The notes under the pieces are model-generated. The model had not been told where the DNA came from, did not search any database, and saw only the letters and a list, made by a program, of their open reading frames with translations. DNA of 51,575 bases, the filler included, from Dimargaris cristalligena (taxonomy: Eukaryota), in the NCBI GenBank assembly GCA_003614675.1. It is 3 parts of 3 records of this genome, joined end to end, with 100 filler letters (N's around TTAATTAATTAA, not from the genome) between each part and the next. Parts side by side here need not be neighbours in the genome. Positions count along the whole stretch, not along the records: positions 1 to 17,158 come from ML002819.1; positions 17,259 to 34,414 come from ML002820.1; 1 more part is not named here. One strand, given 5' to 3'. Positions 14,722 through 27,961 of the stretch are shown in pieces (position 1 is the stretch's first letter; every line of letters begins with the position of its first letter). Both the position numbers and the translations under genes were made by a program.

Positions 14722-15903
14722 TAATTCTGATACTAGAATAGTTATTGGGGAGGCTGAAAAGGTAATCAAAATACTTAGTACTAGATAGGTAAATCTCAAT
14801 CAGTATAAAGTGTCAGATAGTTTTAAAAGACTCTTGATGAATATTAGCTAACTGATTGTATGCTATATTATAAAGGGTAATCAGCTATAAATGGGGTACA
14901 ATCCATCCCATTTTTTTCATATAATATAAAATATCTGGTGGTAATTGGGATAAACACATATTTATATAGCCTTAATTCTAATATAGAGGAGGATAAAGGA
15001 ATCATATTTACCACCACAGGAGAGTTGTGTGGCAACCATTATAATACCACATATATTACCTGTAAGTTTTCTCCTCAACTGTTACTTTTGTTCTTCTCTA
15101 CTCAAGCAGCTAAATGTTAGCTACCCATTACCCACACACTGTTATAGGTATATGCCACCAATAGTCTAAGAGTGATCACTCTCTAAACCATCTAGGGAAG
15201 TCTAGTTCACCACCCCAAATGATATTTTCTATTTGGTGGTGTATCCCTATGGGTCCATAGGTGGAAAGCTGGTGTTATTAAGGCCAATACCCTAGTAACT
15301 AGAGAGAAAACCATATGGGTGTTTTTGGAAAATCCCAACCTATAAAATGACTTGAAGGGTCCACTTTCATAACCCCACAGGGGTAGATATGCCATAGTCT
15401 ATCTCTCAGCTTGTGCTGATATTGGAGAAAGAGACTGTTAGAAATCTAATTGAGTATGGATGTAAAATGTTATTTAGAGTAACCATAGTAACTGTGATAT
15501 ACCTATTGTAGATAAGTCTTTATGGTTATCTTCATTTCTTTACCAAGCTTAGTAACATCTGTGTCCACTCACCAGCGGTAATTGTATAAGGTCTTGGAAT
15601 GGATACCTTGAACCCCCAGTCACAGTAACTATACTAACAACAACTATAACCTAGCCATGACTGTAATCTCCAAACACACTCAGTAGAACACTGATGCATC
15701 CAGCATAATTTCCCAGGTTATAATCTTCTTGCATATTCTTTGTCATACCTGTAGCATAGGATCCAACTACATAATAAATTGTTCCAACTGATCCATCATC
15801 ACTGAGAAAAAATGCTTTATGGTCAGCACCACCACTCATGAATTCATTAGTATACAGCATTTTGATATATTCCTTTCAGCAACCATCAAATAAGTGTACA
15901 TTC
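14722..15903. repeat. Degenerate, CpG-depleted repeat relic (family not identifiable)
   Basis: Almost no CG dinucleotides, only short broken ORFs, and lies between LTR-like copies. Confidence 0.4.
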
Positions 15904-16467
15904 TGTTGCCCCTCCTAATCCATCCTAATCCATCCGCTATGATTGCTGTCATAGCAGGCTGTATAGAGCCATATTGAGCCCCGGCCCTAATAAGGCTGGA
16001 CACCAAATACATCACCTTACTGGCTGGACCCCCCCAGAGTTCACACTAATCACTCCTAGGTGATCTTAGTGCCTTCCAATTCCCATGGAAGCCCCCACTT
16101 GTATGAGGACCACCCAGCCCTCCTTATTGTTGCCTTTATTAGGTAATTTCCCCTTGGGACCTCCCCTTTGGAGTAGTCCCCCACATATATATAACTGGGC
16201 CCCCATTGGCACCAGTTAGGACTCAAGCTTATTCTGACCCCCTAGTTTACCTCAATTAACTCTATATATGCTTACCCCCTCATACTGATTAGTAAGTATG
16301 CATCAGTACATGTTCCCCACATACAATTCCACACTTGCTTTATTGGGTTAGTATCTACCCTCCACCTAACACTAGTAGCCCACTTGGCCATGCCCAATGC
16401 CCCGCCTACCATTAGAAGCCTATCCCTGAGACTCTTGACAGATTAAGAGTGGTTAACTTGGGTAACA
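15904..16467 (+). mobile_element. Solo LTR-like repeat, family 1 (more diverged copy)
   Basis: TGTTGCCC...GGGTAACA 8-bp near-perfect terminal inverted repeat and a TATATATAA box. The 3' half aligns with 14540-14717. Confidence 0.68.
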
Positions 16468-16952
16468 ATATGTGGGGCCATACTAAACCAGTGACTAGTG
16501 TATGGTGTAGCTTCCAGTACTTTGGCATATCCCCAGTATTTGGGCTAAAACCCTACATAATCCCAATCAATAATGTCTGCTATATGACCATTGTGGGCTA
16601 GAGTGTTACATGGGGTTAGGCCACCATGGGTAAAAACATTGCAGCTATCAGTAGGTAAGAACTGTAAAACAAAAGTTTGAGATGCAATACTTAAAATGCC
16701 TAGGGGGATATATATAGAAGCTGTGATGTTTCACATTACATATCTAATATATAATCAATTATTGATGTATCTATCTGCATTGCTTCTATAATTATTCAAC
16801 AGTCCATGCCATTACTGCCTTACATTCTTATGGGGTACCCTGGCTTTACTCCAATATGCCATCTTTACACCTTGGCCCCAACAACTACACCAATCTTTTA
16901 TAAAGAATGTCCTCAGTGGATGTGTAATAAAAACAGGCATTATCATTCCCAA

Positions 16953-17158
16953 TGTGGTGAACTTACCACATTTTTTACCTACTTTTATTTTTTAATCCAT
17001 TTTTCGCACTTATCGGATGTACGCCCCTGGCGAGTGAATGAGCCCCTGCCCCTGCCCCTGACGAGTATAGTCATTTTTCTACCATTTTCATTATTATCTT
17101 CTTTTTCCTATTATTATATTTTATACCCTTGACTTTGATGCACCCCTGCCCCTGGCCC
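16953..17158. repeat. Family-3 repeat end followed by (GCCCCT)n motifs, running into the gap
   Basis: Inverted copy of 1-83. 'gcccctgRcgagt' occurs twice (17023, 17054), with short GCCCCT tandem runs. Confidence 0.65.
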
Positions 17159-17258
17159 NNNNNNNNNNNNNNNNNNNNNNNNNNNNNNNNNNNNNNNNNN
17201 NNTTAATTAATTAANNNNNNNNNNNNNNNNNNNNNNNNNNNNNNNNNNNNNNNNNNNN
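17159..17258. other. Artificial assembly spacer (100 nt, six-frame stop linker)
   Basis: N-run with an embedded TTAATTAATTAA; same design as the second gap. Confidence 0.97.
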
Positions 17259-20200
17259 TCCCATACATATATTGTGTAAAATCTTATACAGTTGGGTTGA
17301 AGTTCACCCATATGAATAATTATGCGGGAAATTTATTCCCAACCAGTAATGATTATCTCATCCACCGGGCATTTCGTTTTACAGCCTAGTTGAATCTCTC
17401 CTATACCAGTTTTCAAAAAATAAGGGTATGTTGTATCTAAATAGACAATACCAGATTAACAAATAGTACTTTTCTATTTGTAGAATTGGCCATAGTTGGC
17501 AAGAGTTTCAAGCAATCAATATGCAAATGATTTCAATCGGGCTTGGTAATAGTTGCCAGTTTAGGTAACGAAGTGACCTCTTTAAAACCCAAATATATAC
17601 AGTGGGACACGAATAGTTCCTTTATATTATAGGATCTGGAGTAACTCACGCATATGCCCGCAAAATACATAGAATATTTGACTCTACACCCTCAAAATGC
17701 TGCCGGTCCAGATATATTCACTATTGAGAAGGGATTGCAAGAATTGGTGCGGATGGAGCTTAGAACAGAGACCGCAAGCACTGGGAGAATATTTAGGATT
17801 TATAAATATGCCCAAGTTACCCTTGAGATTTCTAAAAATCACTGCCTTAAATAGCGGCCTTATTATTTCCGGTGGGCTTATTCTGTTGGCTGGGCAGCGC
17901 ATGAGGAGCAATATTGCTGTTAGATCGGGCAGTCTGGGGATTAGTATTGGGGCAAGTAGCCTGGGTAGTGGTGTTGAGGCGGGTAACTTGGGGGTGGGGT
18001 TGGAGCGTCCAGGATTGTTGTTCGAGGTAATACCTTCAACAGTGTACTAAATTACGTCGGGCATGTCCTGCTGGCCAGACTGTAGCCGAGGAGAAGTAAC
18101 GGGCTGGGCAGCATTGTTGTTTAAACCAGTACCTTGAACACCAGCCTTATTACCAGTGACCCTACTCTGCTGGTCGGATGGGAGCTGAGGAACGGTTTTG
18201 CTGTTGAAACGAGTATTCTGAACAGTGGCCTCATTTCCAGTAGACTTGCTCTGATGACCGGGAAGCTCCTAAGGTATAGTGCTGGAGCAGGTGGGATTGT
18301 TATTGGAATGGGTACCTTGGGCAGCGGTCTTGGTCTACTGGCCAAATTGCACCTGAGGAGTGGTGTTGGAATGGATGGGAATGTTGTTAGAACTGGTACC
18401 CTGGACACCGGTCTTGTTGATGGCGGACTTGTTCTGTAGACCAGGAAGCGCCTGAGGCACGGTGTTGGCGCGGATAAAATGTTTGGGGATTTGGGTGGTG
18501 GTCTGAAAAGCGCTAACTGGGGTGGTGGTCAGTGATAATAGCACACTAGGCGTCCAAAATCAAAACCTTCTTAGTCGATATGAAAGCCATAGTGAGTTGG
18601 ATGGGATATGATGGAATGTAATGGAAGATTGGGGTATGTTAATAGTCCGGCAAATAAGTAGGAATACTAATGTGGGTATAAGCTGCAAAAAGGAGGTGAG
18701 GAATGTGATGGTAGTGTTGATAAGGTTTTTAGAGAGGACGGTTCCCACTCTTTTATATCTAAATTGGCAAACCCCTCGACATGCTGCTGTGCCAATGTTA
18801 GGCTATGACTTTAAGCTCCCTAGTGCATTTTCTTGGCTATGTCCAATTAATTAATACATCCCCAAAGAAAGATATACGTCCACGTCCACGTCCACATCCC
18901 CATACCCATATAACTTGTCTATCCCAGTGCTCTGATGGCCGACGGGTCCAATTTTAACACCCTAGCCCTCCTCCTTTTACATTCCCCTCGTCCAACTTTA
19001 CACCGTGTATTTTTAATCAATTTGTTCGAGTACTATCCTCAGTGATAGACCTGCTGTTGAAAATAACTTGCTATAAAATGGGCAGGGATTTTTCTCACTC
19101 AGGTCACCGTCGCCTCCAGTCTTCTCATTTTTAAAATCTGCTGGCAGGTTATTGAGCCACGCGATCCCTTTGATGATATTTATATTTCTCCAACTCAGTG
19201 TCTAAGCCTAGCGTAGATTACCACAAGTACAAAGTGTACATACTAAAAGGAAAATCAGCTGTATCGCAGTATTGATGGTAGATAATACTTTCAGGCAATC
19301 GTACATCGATTGATTGCCTTTATCCACATGTGGGCCATTGGGTGAACTAGCGATAGGGGCTCCGTGCGAGTGGATAATTACCTTTCCATGGTGAAATTTG
19401 GCTATCCAGGGATTTTCGGCCATTCGCTAGCGACTGGCGGTCTATCACGGGTATTGCCTACCCATTCCCTAGTCAGTGCTTATCTACTAATAGGTCCGTT
19501 TGGTTTACTTTACACTGACCAATGGAAGGAATGGGGAGTCGAACATTTGGGATAGTTTCAACCCAACTATTTAGTGCTTTTTATGATATATTTAGGTAAT
19601 TATAAGGGAGGTTCAAATTTAACAGGTGATTTTTTCCTCATCTAACATATATTTTGAGATATAGCTGTGCCGAACCATTACCATAAGGGTAATAAAGTGT
19701 ATCCAGGATATTCCAGGGATTCGATCATATTAGATCATTAAAGGGACATCGATCAACAAAGACAGCATATAAATGTGTATTTCAAAACAACTGTAAAGGG
19801 CATCGTAGGGTAAATTTATAGCTAAGGGGAATTTGTATAATATCCAATAAAACCAACTTCATTAAACAACGGTCCCATTATACAAATAGGCCAAGTCTAT
19901 ACCCCATAATAGTCAGTAATATTTTTGCCATACAACCCATGAATCAATATGGGTCAAATACAGTGCAACTGTATAAGTATTGGAATAAATTTGGATGGTA
20001 AACTGCGCGGTATTTATTTTTAACCAGTATAATTAGTCCATGAGGCGGAGTTGTCGATACGTAATCAAGACGATTTGAACTCTTAATTCGAAGTATAGGG
20101 AGGCGCCACCAAGTATTTATCCATAAACACAAGCAGGCCGCACAAATCGGAAAAGCGGCCACTTATTGGAATGTAGCTATAGACAGCACGAAATTGCTAT

Positions 20201-22238
20201 AAAAGTATCAAATATACACCGATTGTACAGTTGTATTAGAAAGTAGGGAATACAAAACATACTGGATGATGTGGAGTATTGCCTGTTACCATGGCCGGTT
20301 TCAATGGGACTAATACAAAGTGTATTTAGTAAATAAAGGTCTGAAATTACCTCTTTGACTGGAATACATTATTCAGACTAGTAAAATAAATGGTAGTATC
20401 GCTTTTTTAATCAGCCAGTTCAATAATTTCCATCGAAACTAACAAAGGGTTTCATCCAAAGTCCTTATATCACTCACACAGCCACTATGGCATTAACATT
20501 ACTCTTTATCCTATTCTACCTCCATAACTTACATATACCTACTTACTTTTCAATATCCATCAAACAAAACCGTCAATATAAATAGGACATATTCCCACAT
20601 TGAAAAGCAACTTTATTCACAAATTTATTAGATGAAAGAAAATTAAAATATACATTTAACCTGCTCATTGGCAGGCACCACTTTGTATTTGATTATTCAG
20701 TGGCTGGTACAATTGGCAAGCCCCTGTCTGCATCAGAAAGGGGCTTATCACGTTCAGTGGTTGGGTAATCCCTCCCCAGGACAAATAAGGGATTACCAAT
20801 AACTCCCAATTGGGAGTGGATATAAGATTTTTTGATCTGCATTACCACGGGAAGCGATCCATCGAGTGTTGGACGGGTCATTGGGCTTCTGAAGATAGGC
20901 CTTAATGTGACCATTGGAAGCGGGGGGATATTGAGGTAATGGTAGAGTAAACAAAGAGGGGATACAGGCGATATTGTGATAAGTTTTGTTCAAGGGCTGG
21001 AACATCCAAGTAATTAAAAAATGACGAGTGTATATTTGGGAAGGCCTCCAGTCTGCTTTTTATAGTGTGCTTAGCCAAAGGTTTTATTAACCAAGTACTG
21101 GATAGGGTGACCCTACTACCCCCATCAAAGTAAACTGAAGTTACAGTTCTATTCCATAGACTTATTAAGGAGACAATAACCTAGTTTTGTATGGGTATTT
21201 GGAATGGCACGAGGAGTTGTATGCATGTCCATCCATTCCCTTTGTTGACAATTCATATTACAGAATAGAAGCCAACAATAAGCCATTTAGTATTAAACTG
21301 AAGCACTGTGGTATAATTAGGCACAATGTATTGATACTACGACCTAATCCCCTACTTATGTCACCCGGTCTTGGGATATTCCCATAACTGGGGTTTCTTG
21401 GCTGGTGCTCTTTTCTACAATACTTGCTATTTGTGACGACTATTTCGAATGGCGCCCTACAATACCGTGCCTATTTTCACACATAGATATTCAATTCAGC
21501 GAATATTATAAGACCCTGCAGTGGATAAGGGAGCATGCCATATTTGGGGAGGTTAATCCTGGTTAGTCACTACAGTGTACTATCAAAGGATCCAATTGTA
21601 CTCCGCCCGACTAACAGGGACTGCCGTCCAAGTTTTCGCAGCCTAGCTACAACATGGACAATGCCCAATGCCGTTACCTTGATAGGAGGTTTGAAGCCTT
21701 CCGGTCTTCAGTGATGCATTGTAGCTATAGATGGACCGGTAACTGCAAATGACTGTCTAAGTACAATTGTGATCACCCTAATTAAGTTACTATTCATTAA
21801 CTATTTTTGAATTTTGACGCACGCAATAGTTAGGAGAGGTATTAATATGTCTGGTGTTTTATATAGTGGCTATATTATGCCTTCATGGGTTGGACACTGC
21901 ATTGTTATCCCGGACTAGTCTTCGCGTCATACCATTGATGCCACAATTTTTCCGAATGGCAATCTCATTGTTGGGACGTTGGTATACTTTAGCGGATTTG
22001 TGTATTTGAATAGGGATATACCCACCCTTCAATTTTACCATTGCTTCGCCTACCTCCTGGGTCACTTTGTGCTAGTGGGGCAGATATTATGGTAACTGCC
22101 AGCCATATAGGGTATGGCAAAGTTGATTAATTAGAAGATACTTGCGCGATGATGAAGGTATTTAAACCAACTTGAAACAATTGGGCCTGAATTCTCAGGA
22201 TGGCTTGTTTCTTGTCCTTAATATGGAAGGGCATTCCC
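17259..22238. repeat. Left arm of a ~5-kb inverted repeat
   Basis: Every ORF in this interval has an identical mirror ORF in 29435-34414; paired coordinates sum to 51673. Confidence 0.97.
17847..18590 (-). pseudogene. Pseudogene of a secreted Q/N/T/P-rich repeat protein (left-arm copy)
   Basis: Mirror of 33083-33826. Confidence 0.6.
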
Positions 22239-22649
22239 AGCCAATATCATACCATAATTTTAATACCATCGGGATTTTATTTCATCCGATTGCATATGGC
22301 TTTAGATAACAGCTATATGGGAATAAAAGCGGTTGATTATTTTTAGCTAGGTATGCTTGTCTAGTCAATCCGATTGAATCTCCCCTCATATCCACCTTAG
22401 ATGTCACAATCTAATATGGCTCCCACCCGTATTTTAAACCCACATTTGAATACAGGATAGTTTGTTAAATTACTTTAAACACTTTTATACATGATTCATC
22501 TATTAAATTAAATACAGCGAACCCAGGCCTATACCATAGCACTATCCGACTTGGAATTAATCGGTCTAAGTCCACTGCAATTAAATATTATATACGTCTA
22601 CAAATAAAATAGAGAACACCAGCGAATGAATAATCAACAAAATCAAAAG

Positions 22650-24162
22650 TTATTTAAGTTCAATGGTCCAGATGACGGGTTCCGACGTATCAACCACGAT
22701 TTCGGGTGCATCTGGGATATTGGATGTGCTTAGCAGACCGTTGAAGGAAGTTTCGGTGTTATCTATCGACGGAATACAACAAACCGATCAGTTTGGATGA
22801 AAAATATAATTAAGCGAAGAGAAGAGAAGGGTGGGGTATACTAAATCTATCATAAGCGGGCAAATACGAGTCACTTACAGCCAGCTTTGGTTAAGCGCTA
22901 ACAAGCCCGCCGTTTTCCATGTACCTCAGTATGCGTTTATAAAGAAGGGAACTTACCAAGATTCCACCGGAGCCCCGTTGTGGTGACCGTGGCCGAGGAG
23001 ACGCCCAGGGGAATAATCCCACAGGCAGGCTGGCTTTTGTACCAGTCGCATTCGATTTGATTTTTACCCTAGAAATGGCCACCAGTATATGCCAATTGTA
23101 ATAATATGGCGCATTCAAATAAGGATCATTAAACCATTAGTTGGTTTCCCGTAGAATCCCTTTCTAGCAATGCCTTGATCCGAGGGGAGTTAGGGGAGGC
23201 GTAATGGGTCTTCTGTGATTGCCAGTAGTCGAGTAGAACGCGAATTCTGGACACGAATTAGTTGGCAAGCTTACCTTGGGAAGTAAAAACGTGATTGATT
23301 CCGGATTGGCCAGGTATATCTGTTTGGAGGCTCCGAAATTAAAGAGCACGTAAAGACTTGACATGGTTTGGTCAAGTCGGCCCCCAAGATTACCGTAGGC
23401 AATGACGGTCATCTAGTGGGGAGGGTCAGTGGTCAAATATAAGGGTTTTAGGGAATGGGTATCAATGAAGGATAGGTAATAGCGATGTGGGTGCATTTAC
23501 AATATAGCCAGTGCGAGTTGGTGGCCATGTCCGCTATTCGTATGACCAGCACAGCCCTATTCAACCAGAATTCGGATAGTGAGGAATGTCAATCATCAGA
23601 GTGGTTTACTTACGGCTGAATCAGTCCACCCGTGGCGCACTTGCAATTGATCGATCCAATTGAGGCATTTCATGAAATCGGTGGTGTCCTGATCCCGAAC
23701 GTGGTTAATCTCGGTACCCCGATGAGCGAAGTACTGGGAAACATCGGGACGAATCGAATCCATATCTCCGCAGATACCATCGGGAATGTATTGCTCTATC
23801 CGACGGGTGGTGGCCTGCTTAGGGTCACTATCATGATCGGCACACTTTCGAATAGTGCTCTCACTGTTAGCAGCATGGCCACCACCAGCAGTGTCGCTAT
23901 CGGTGGATTTTAGGGGTTTGGGGCTAGAGGAGGGAGTGGCCGTGGGGGAGTGGAAGGAGTCGTAGAGGCGATTGGCCGCCCCGTCTGCGCAGATGCGGAG
24001 GTCGGCGCGTCGCCATAGGCTCATGAAGAGGGAGTCGGCATGCTTCAGTGGCTGGTTCAATAGAAGGAGGACCAGACGGCCGGAAGGTGGGGAACGGGGG
24101 CAGTAGAGACAGCGGCTGGGGTAATGGTAGAGGGTTCGGAGACCTGGCGCGGCAGAAGCCAT
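22650..24162 (-). CDS. THI80: Thiamine pyrophosphokinase; exons 24162-23614, 23412-23275, 23068-22957, ~22761-22650
   Basis: Motifs LLLLNQP, RICADGAANRLYD, PDGICGDMDSIR, DQDTTDFMKCL, GGRLDQTMS, CGIIPLG..TTTGLRWNL and LLSTSN. GT-AG junctions. Confidence 0.95.
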
Positions 24163-24982
24163 GGTGAATAACTGGGAGGATAGCTGAGCTCTAAAAGTAA
24201 GAGGGGATACTAAGGAGGGAGTGGAAGTGCAATGGAAGGTGTGGCGGACTATGTTGGAGGAAAAGGGGCTTACTGGAATGAGTTTATGAAAGGGTTTGGG
24301 GGAATACCAAGTTAAAGGAGGTCGCATTTGGGAGAGACGGCTGTTGGGGGGTACAGGCCTCCTTGTATGCCTTTCAGCCACCGCTGTCATTTGTTACTTT
24401 ATAGTTCTTGCCCTAAAGTTCTGCTACATACTAACTAATCCCTCCTATACAGGCCACTGGAACTACGCACGTTGGATAGTAGACAGAATGAGGAGGGCGG
24501 TAAAAACAGATATCCCACCATGGGAGAGGGGATTGGTGGGCTAGCCACCACAAAGCATTTTTTCCAATGGAAGCGATTAGAGTGAGAGAGGCCTCCTCCT
24601 CCCTCTTATGGCATACAATCAGAGGCAGTGGTATAATGCGCATACACCCAGCCAGCACAGTGGTATACAAGTACAGGCCCTGGGCCACCGAGTAAAGGGT
24701 TCGCTTGCGGTTCTTTTCCTTCCTTCCTTTCGCTTCTTTTGTATCTTTGTGTGCCGTGGTCGTTGTGCTCTCCATTCCCCCGGATCTCCACCGGTGGCGC
24801 TGTATATACCGTTCCTCCTTCTCTGAATCCTTTCCCCGCTCCTTTTCATCTCCGCCTTTCCCCTGTTTTCCTCGTCCAAGGCCACTGCTTCCCGTTCCCA
24901 CTCACAACCCTCGTTTCCCGCCCTCATCTCTCGCTGTTTCCACCCCACACATATTCCGGCGCGACCAAGTCCGATCCCCACT

Positions 24983-26843
24983 ATGACTAAAACCCAATTC
25001 GCATGTAAGTGCCCCCTTTCGGCCAAAACTATATTAAATAAAAAGAAAGAGAAATAGTACTATCCACTTCGTCTACAGTCCTATTTTCCCCTCTGCCCTT
25101 GTCGCCCTTTAAATCGACCTCGAGAACTTACACCCCTCCCCCGAGTCTCATCCGCCATACCCCTCCATCTTCTCTGCATTTACCTCCTTTTTAATCTATT
25201 TAGATCGCTCCCTGAACGAGATTGGCCTTGTGACTGGCCCCCCGTCCCTCCAAGATGTCGTCGGATTCACCAAGCCCACCGGCAATAACCGCGCCATAAA
25301 GTACAGTCCTGATGGTCGGCTCTTTGCCTGGGCCTCAACGACCGCTGTGGAAGTTATGGACGTCGCCTCGGGCCAGCTCCTCCAAACCATCGCCCGGCCC
25401 AATGTGATGGAAATTGATTTCTCCCCCCGGGGTACCTACCTACTCACCTGGGAACGCTACATCAAACCCGAGTCGGGCCCTTTGCCCACCAACATGCTAA
25501 TTTGGGAAACGACCACTGGCTCTCAAATGGGTGCCTTCACCCGTAAGTTGCAGTCCAGCTGGGGATTCCAGTGGACTCCGGACGAACAATATTGTGCCCA
25601 GTTGGCCCCCAATGAAGTTCAGTTCTTTGATCCCACTAATTTCGGCAAAGGTATCCACACCCGGCTATCCATGGATGGTATCCAGTCCTTCTCCCTGTCC
25701 CCCGGTCAGTCGCCCTCCGTGGCCGCCTTTGTGCCCGCCCAGAAGGGTCAGCCCGGCCACGTCCGCCTTTACTCCATTGGTAATTTCCGCCAACCGGTAT
25801 GCCAAAAGACCTTCTTCAAAGCCGATTCGGTGAAGATGATCTGGAATACTCTGGGCACCAATTTGCTCATTTTGGCCTCCACCGACGTGGATCTGACAGG
25901 AAAGTCCTACTACGGTGAAACGAACCTCTACTATCTGACGGTAGCCGGCAACTTCGACTGTCACGTGGTGCTAGACAAGGAAGGGCCCATCCATGACGTG
26001 GCCTGGAACCCCAATCCCGAAATCAAAGAATTCGCCGTCGTGTACGGCTACATGCCCGCCAGAGCGGCCCTGTTCGATCGTCGGGCGAACTTGATTCACG
26101 ATTTCGGTACCGCCCCGCGCAACTTTATCGGGTTCAACCCGCAGGGTCGCCTGGTGGCCATTGCCGGGTTCGGTAATTTAACCGGTCAGATGGACATTTG
26201 GGACCTCAAAACCCACAAGAAGCGAGTCACCATCAACGCCAGCAACTCGACGACTTGTGAATGGTCCCCCGACGGCCGGCACCTGATGACCTCGACCCTG
26301 TCTCCTCGGCTGCGGGTCGATAACGGCATTAAGGTATGGCACCACACCGGATCTCTCATGTTCCACCGGTTGATCCACGAACTCTACCAGGTGGCGTGGC
26401 GTCCTCTGCCGGTCGCCAACTATCCCGACCGGTCCGCCTTGTCGCCCCCACCTCCGCCATGCGCCTCGGGAACGGGGACCAACGCTGACGCGAAAACCCC
26501 GACCCGTTCAGTGGCCTCCGTGGGTACGTACCGACCCCCACATGCGCGTGGTACCATGACCCCGCCGTCGTTCAAACGGGAGGATGAAATCCAACGGTCC
26601 AACGGAAAATCCTCTTTGTCTGTGGATCCTAGTTCGCCGAATGCCCCCGATGTGTCCCAAATGACCGAAACGGAAAAAACCACGCGTATCCGCAACATCA
26701 ACAAGCAGCTCAAACAAATCTCGGCCCTTAAGAAGCGGGAAGAAGCTGGTGAGCATTTGGAGCCGGAAAAGTTGGTTAAGATGCAAAAGGAACCAGCCCT
26801 TAAGCTAGAGCTGAAGGCCCTGAAATCCAAGAAACCCCAGTAG
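24983..26843 (+). CDS. EIF2A: Eukaryotic translation initiation factor 2A (WD40 beta-propeller); exons 24983-25004, 25204-26843
   Basis: Motifs KTFFKAD, TDVDLTGKSYYGETNLY, KEGPIHDVAW, VVYGYMPA, AGFGNL and SPRLRVDNG, plus a C-terminal IRNINKQLKQI coiled coil. The intron GTAAGT...TTTAG yields MTKTQFAYRSL. Confidence 0.95.
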
Positions 26844-27961
26844 TTCAAACATGTTAATGGGTAGATTATGGGTCTGCCAAGCTGATGTAAAAAATGTCAG
26901 TGGCTGGACAGAGGCGCTATAGGAGGGCGGAATAGTGAAATGCGGTTCCCAATTGTTGGCGGATTTTCTAATTTTCCTATAAATTTTTTCGATCCGTTGG
27001 TCCCATTTCCGTCCTATTTTGTACCTTTCATCCCTCCTGACCTAGGGCGCCTTTTCGTCTACTCTTTTCTAACCCAACGTAATGCTTTCCATATCCAACC
27101 CCCCGCCCTCTTATACCTTATCATTTGGGTTAAAACGTGACTTCCGCACGATCGGCGTTGGCTTACACACTTAAGCACTTGAATATCCCGCTACTTATAC
27201 CACCCCCCCCTAAAAACAAAGAAAAGCAAACTAAAAACATGGCCTTTTAATTTGTTGATATACATGTTCGATTATTTTTTATTATTTTCATGATCATACA
27301 CGTTACTGCCGCCCCTCCTCTTCAGTTATCAATAAATTTCGGGACATTTAACCTTTATTTAATATTATGGTATGGCTCCAAAACAATACATAGAAGAATC
27401 AGTCACCTACTTGCTGGCTGGTCTAAATGGGTAATATTTTTTGGTCCTGAGTTACATCTATTCCCAGGGTTATTTAGTGTCATCTGATTTAAGTCGAGCC
27501 ACATAATTTGGGCTGGGCATGCTAACCCTCTAAAGGTGGAATTTGGACTGTTATTATGGCTGAAAGCTGTCACAAGCCAGTTGGAGATGAGTTGCACATT
27601 TCAAATAGCGGGGAGTTACTAACCCTTAGGTCTCTTATCTACTAGACCAGGCTGTAGAAGCGCTGTTAAACTATTATCTATCCCGGCTCCCTCAATTTGC
27701 GATCGGTTTCTTTCGGATAGCACGTTGAAAAGACCCTTAAGTCGAGACTGAGACATACACTCCTCCATTCCATCTCATTCCATAATATTTCCCTTGCTTG
27801 GACGACTCTCGAGCTTTTGTATTCACGCGCATTACTATAAACAAAGGCTGTTCATTCGTTTCGTCCCGAAAGCCAGGCGTCATTGCCTCCACTTTGAAGT
27901 CTACCCCCCTCTCTATATATATATATAGGACTAGACCAAAAGGGACAGTAGAACCAGGGCT

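Noticed and set aside
14134-16467. Two family-1 copies as paired LTRs of one element
   Set aside because: The copies are quite diverged, the first has its own apparent TSD, and I see no PBS, PPT or pol motifs between them.
17203-17214. TTAATTAATTAA palindrome inside the N-runs (also ~34459-34470)
   Set aside because: Artificial six-frame stop linker in fixed 100-nt spacers; not biological.
22762-23613. TPP riboswitch in THI80 introns
   Set aside because: No CUGAGA-type aptamer core recognised in the introns by eye. An Rfam RF00059 scan would be decisive.
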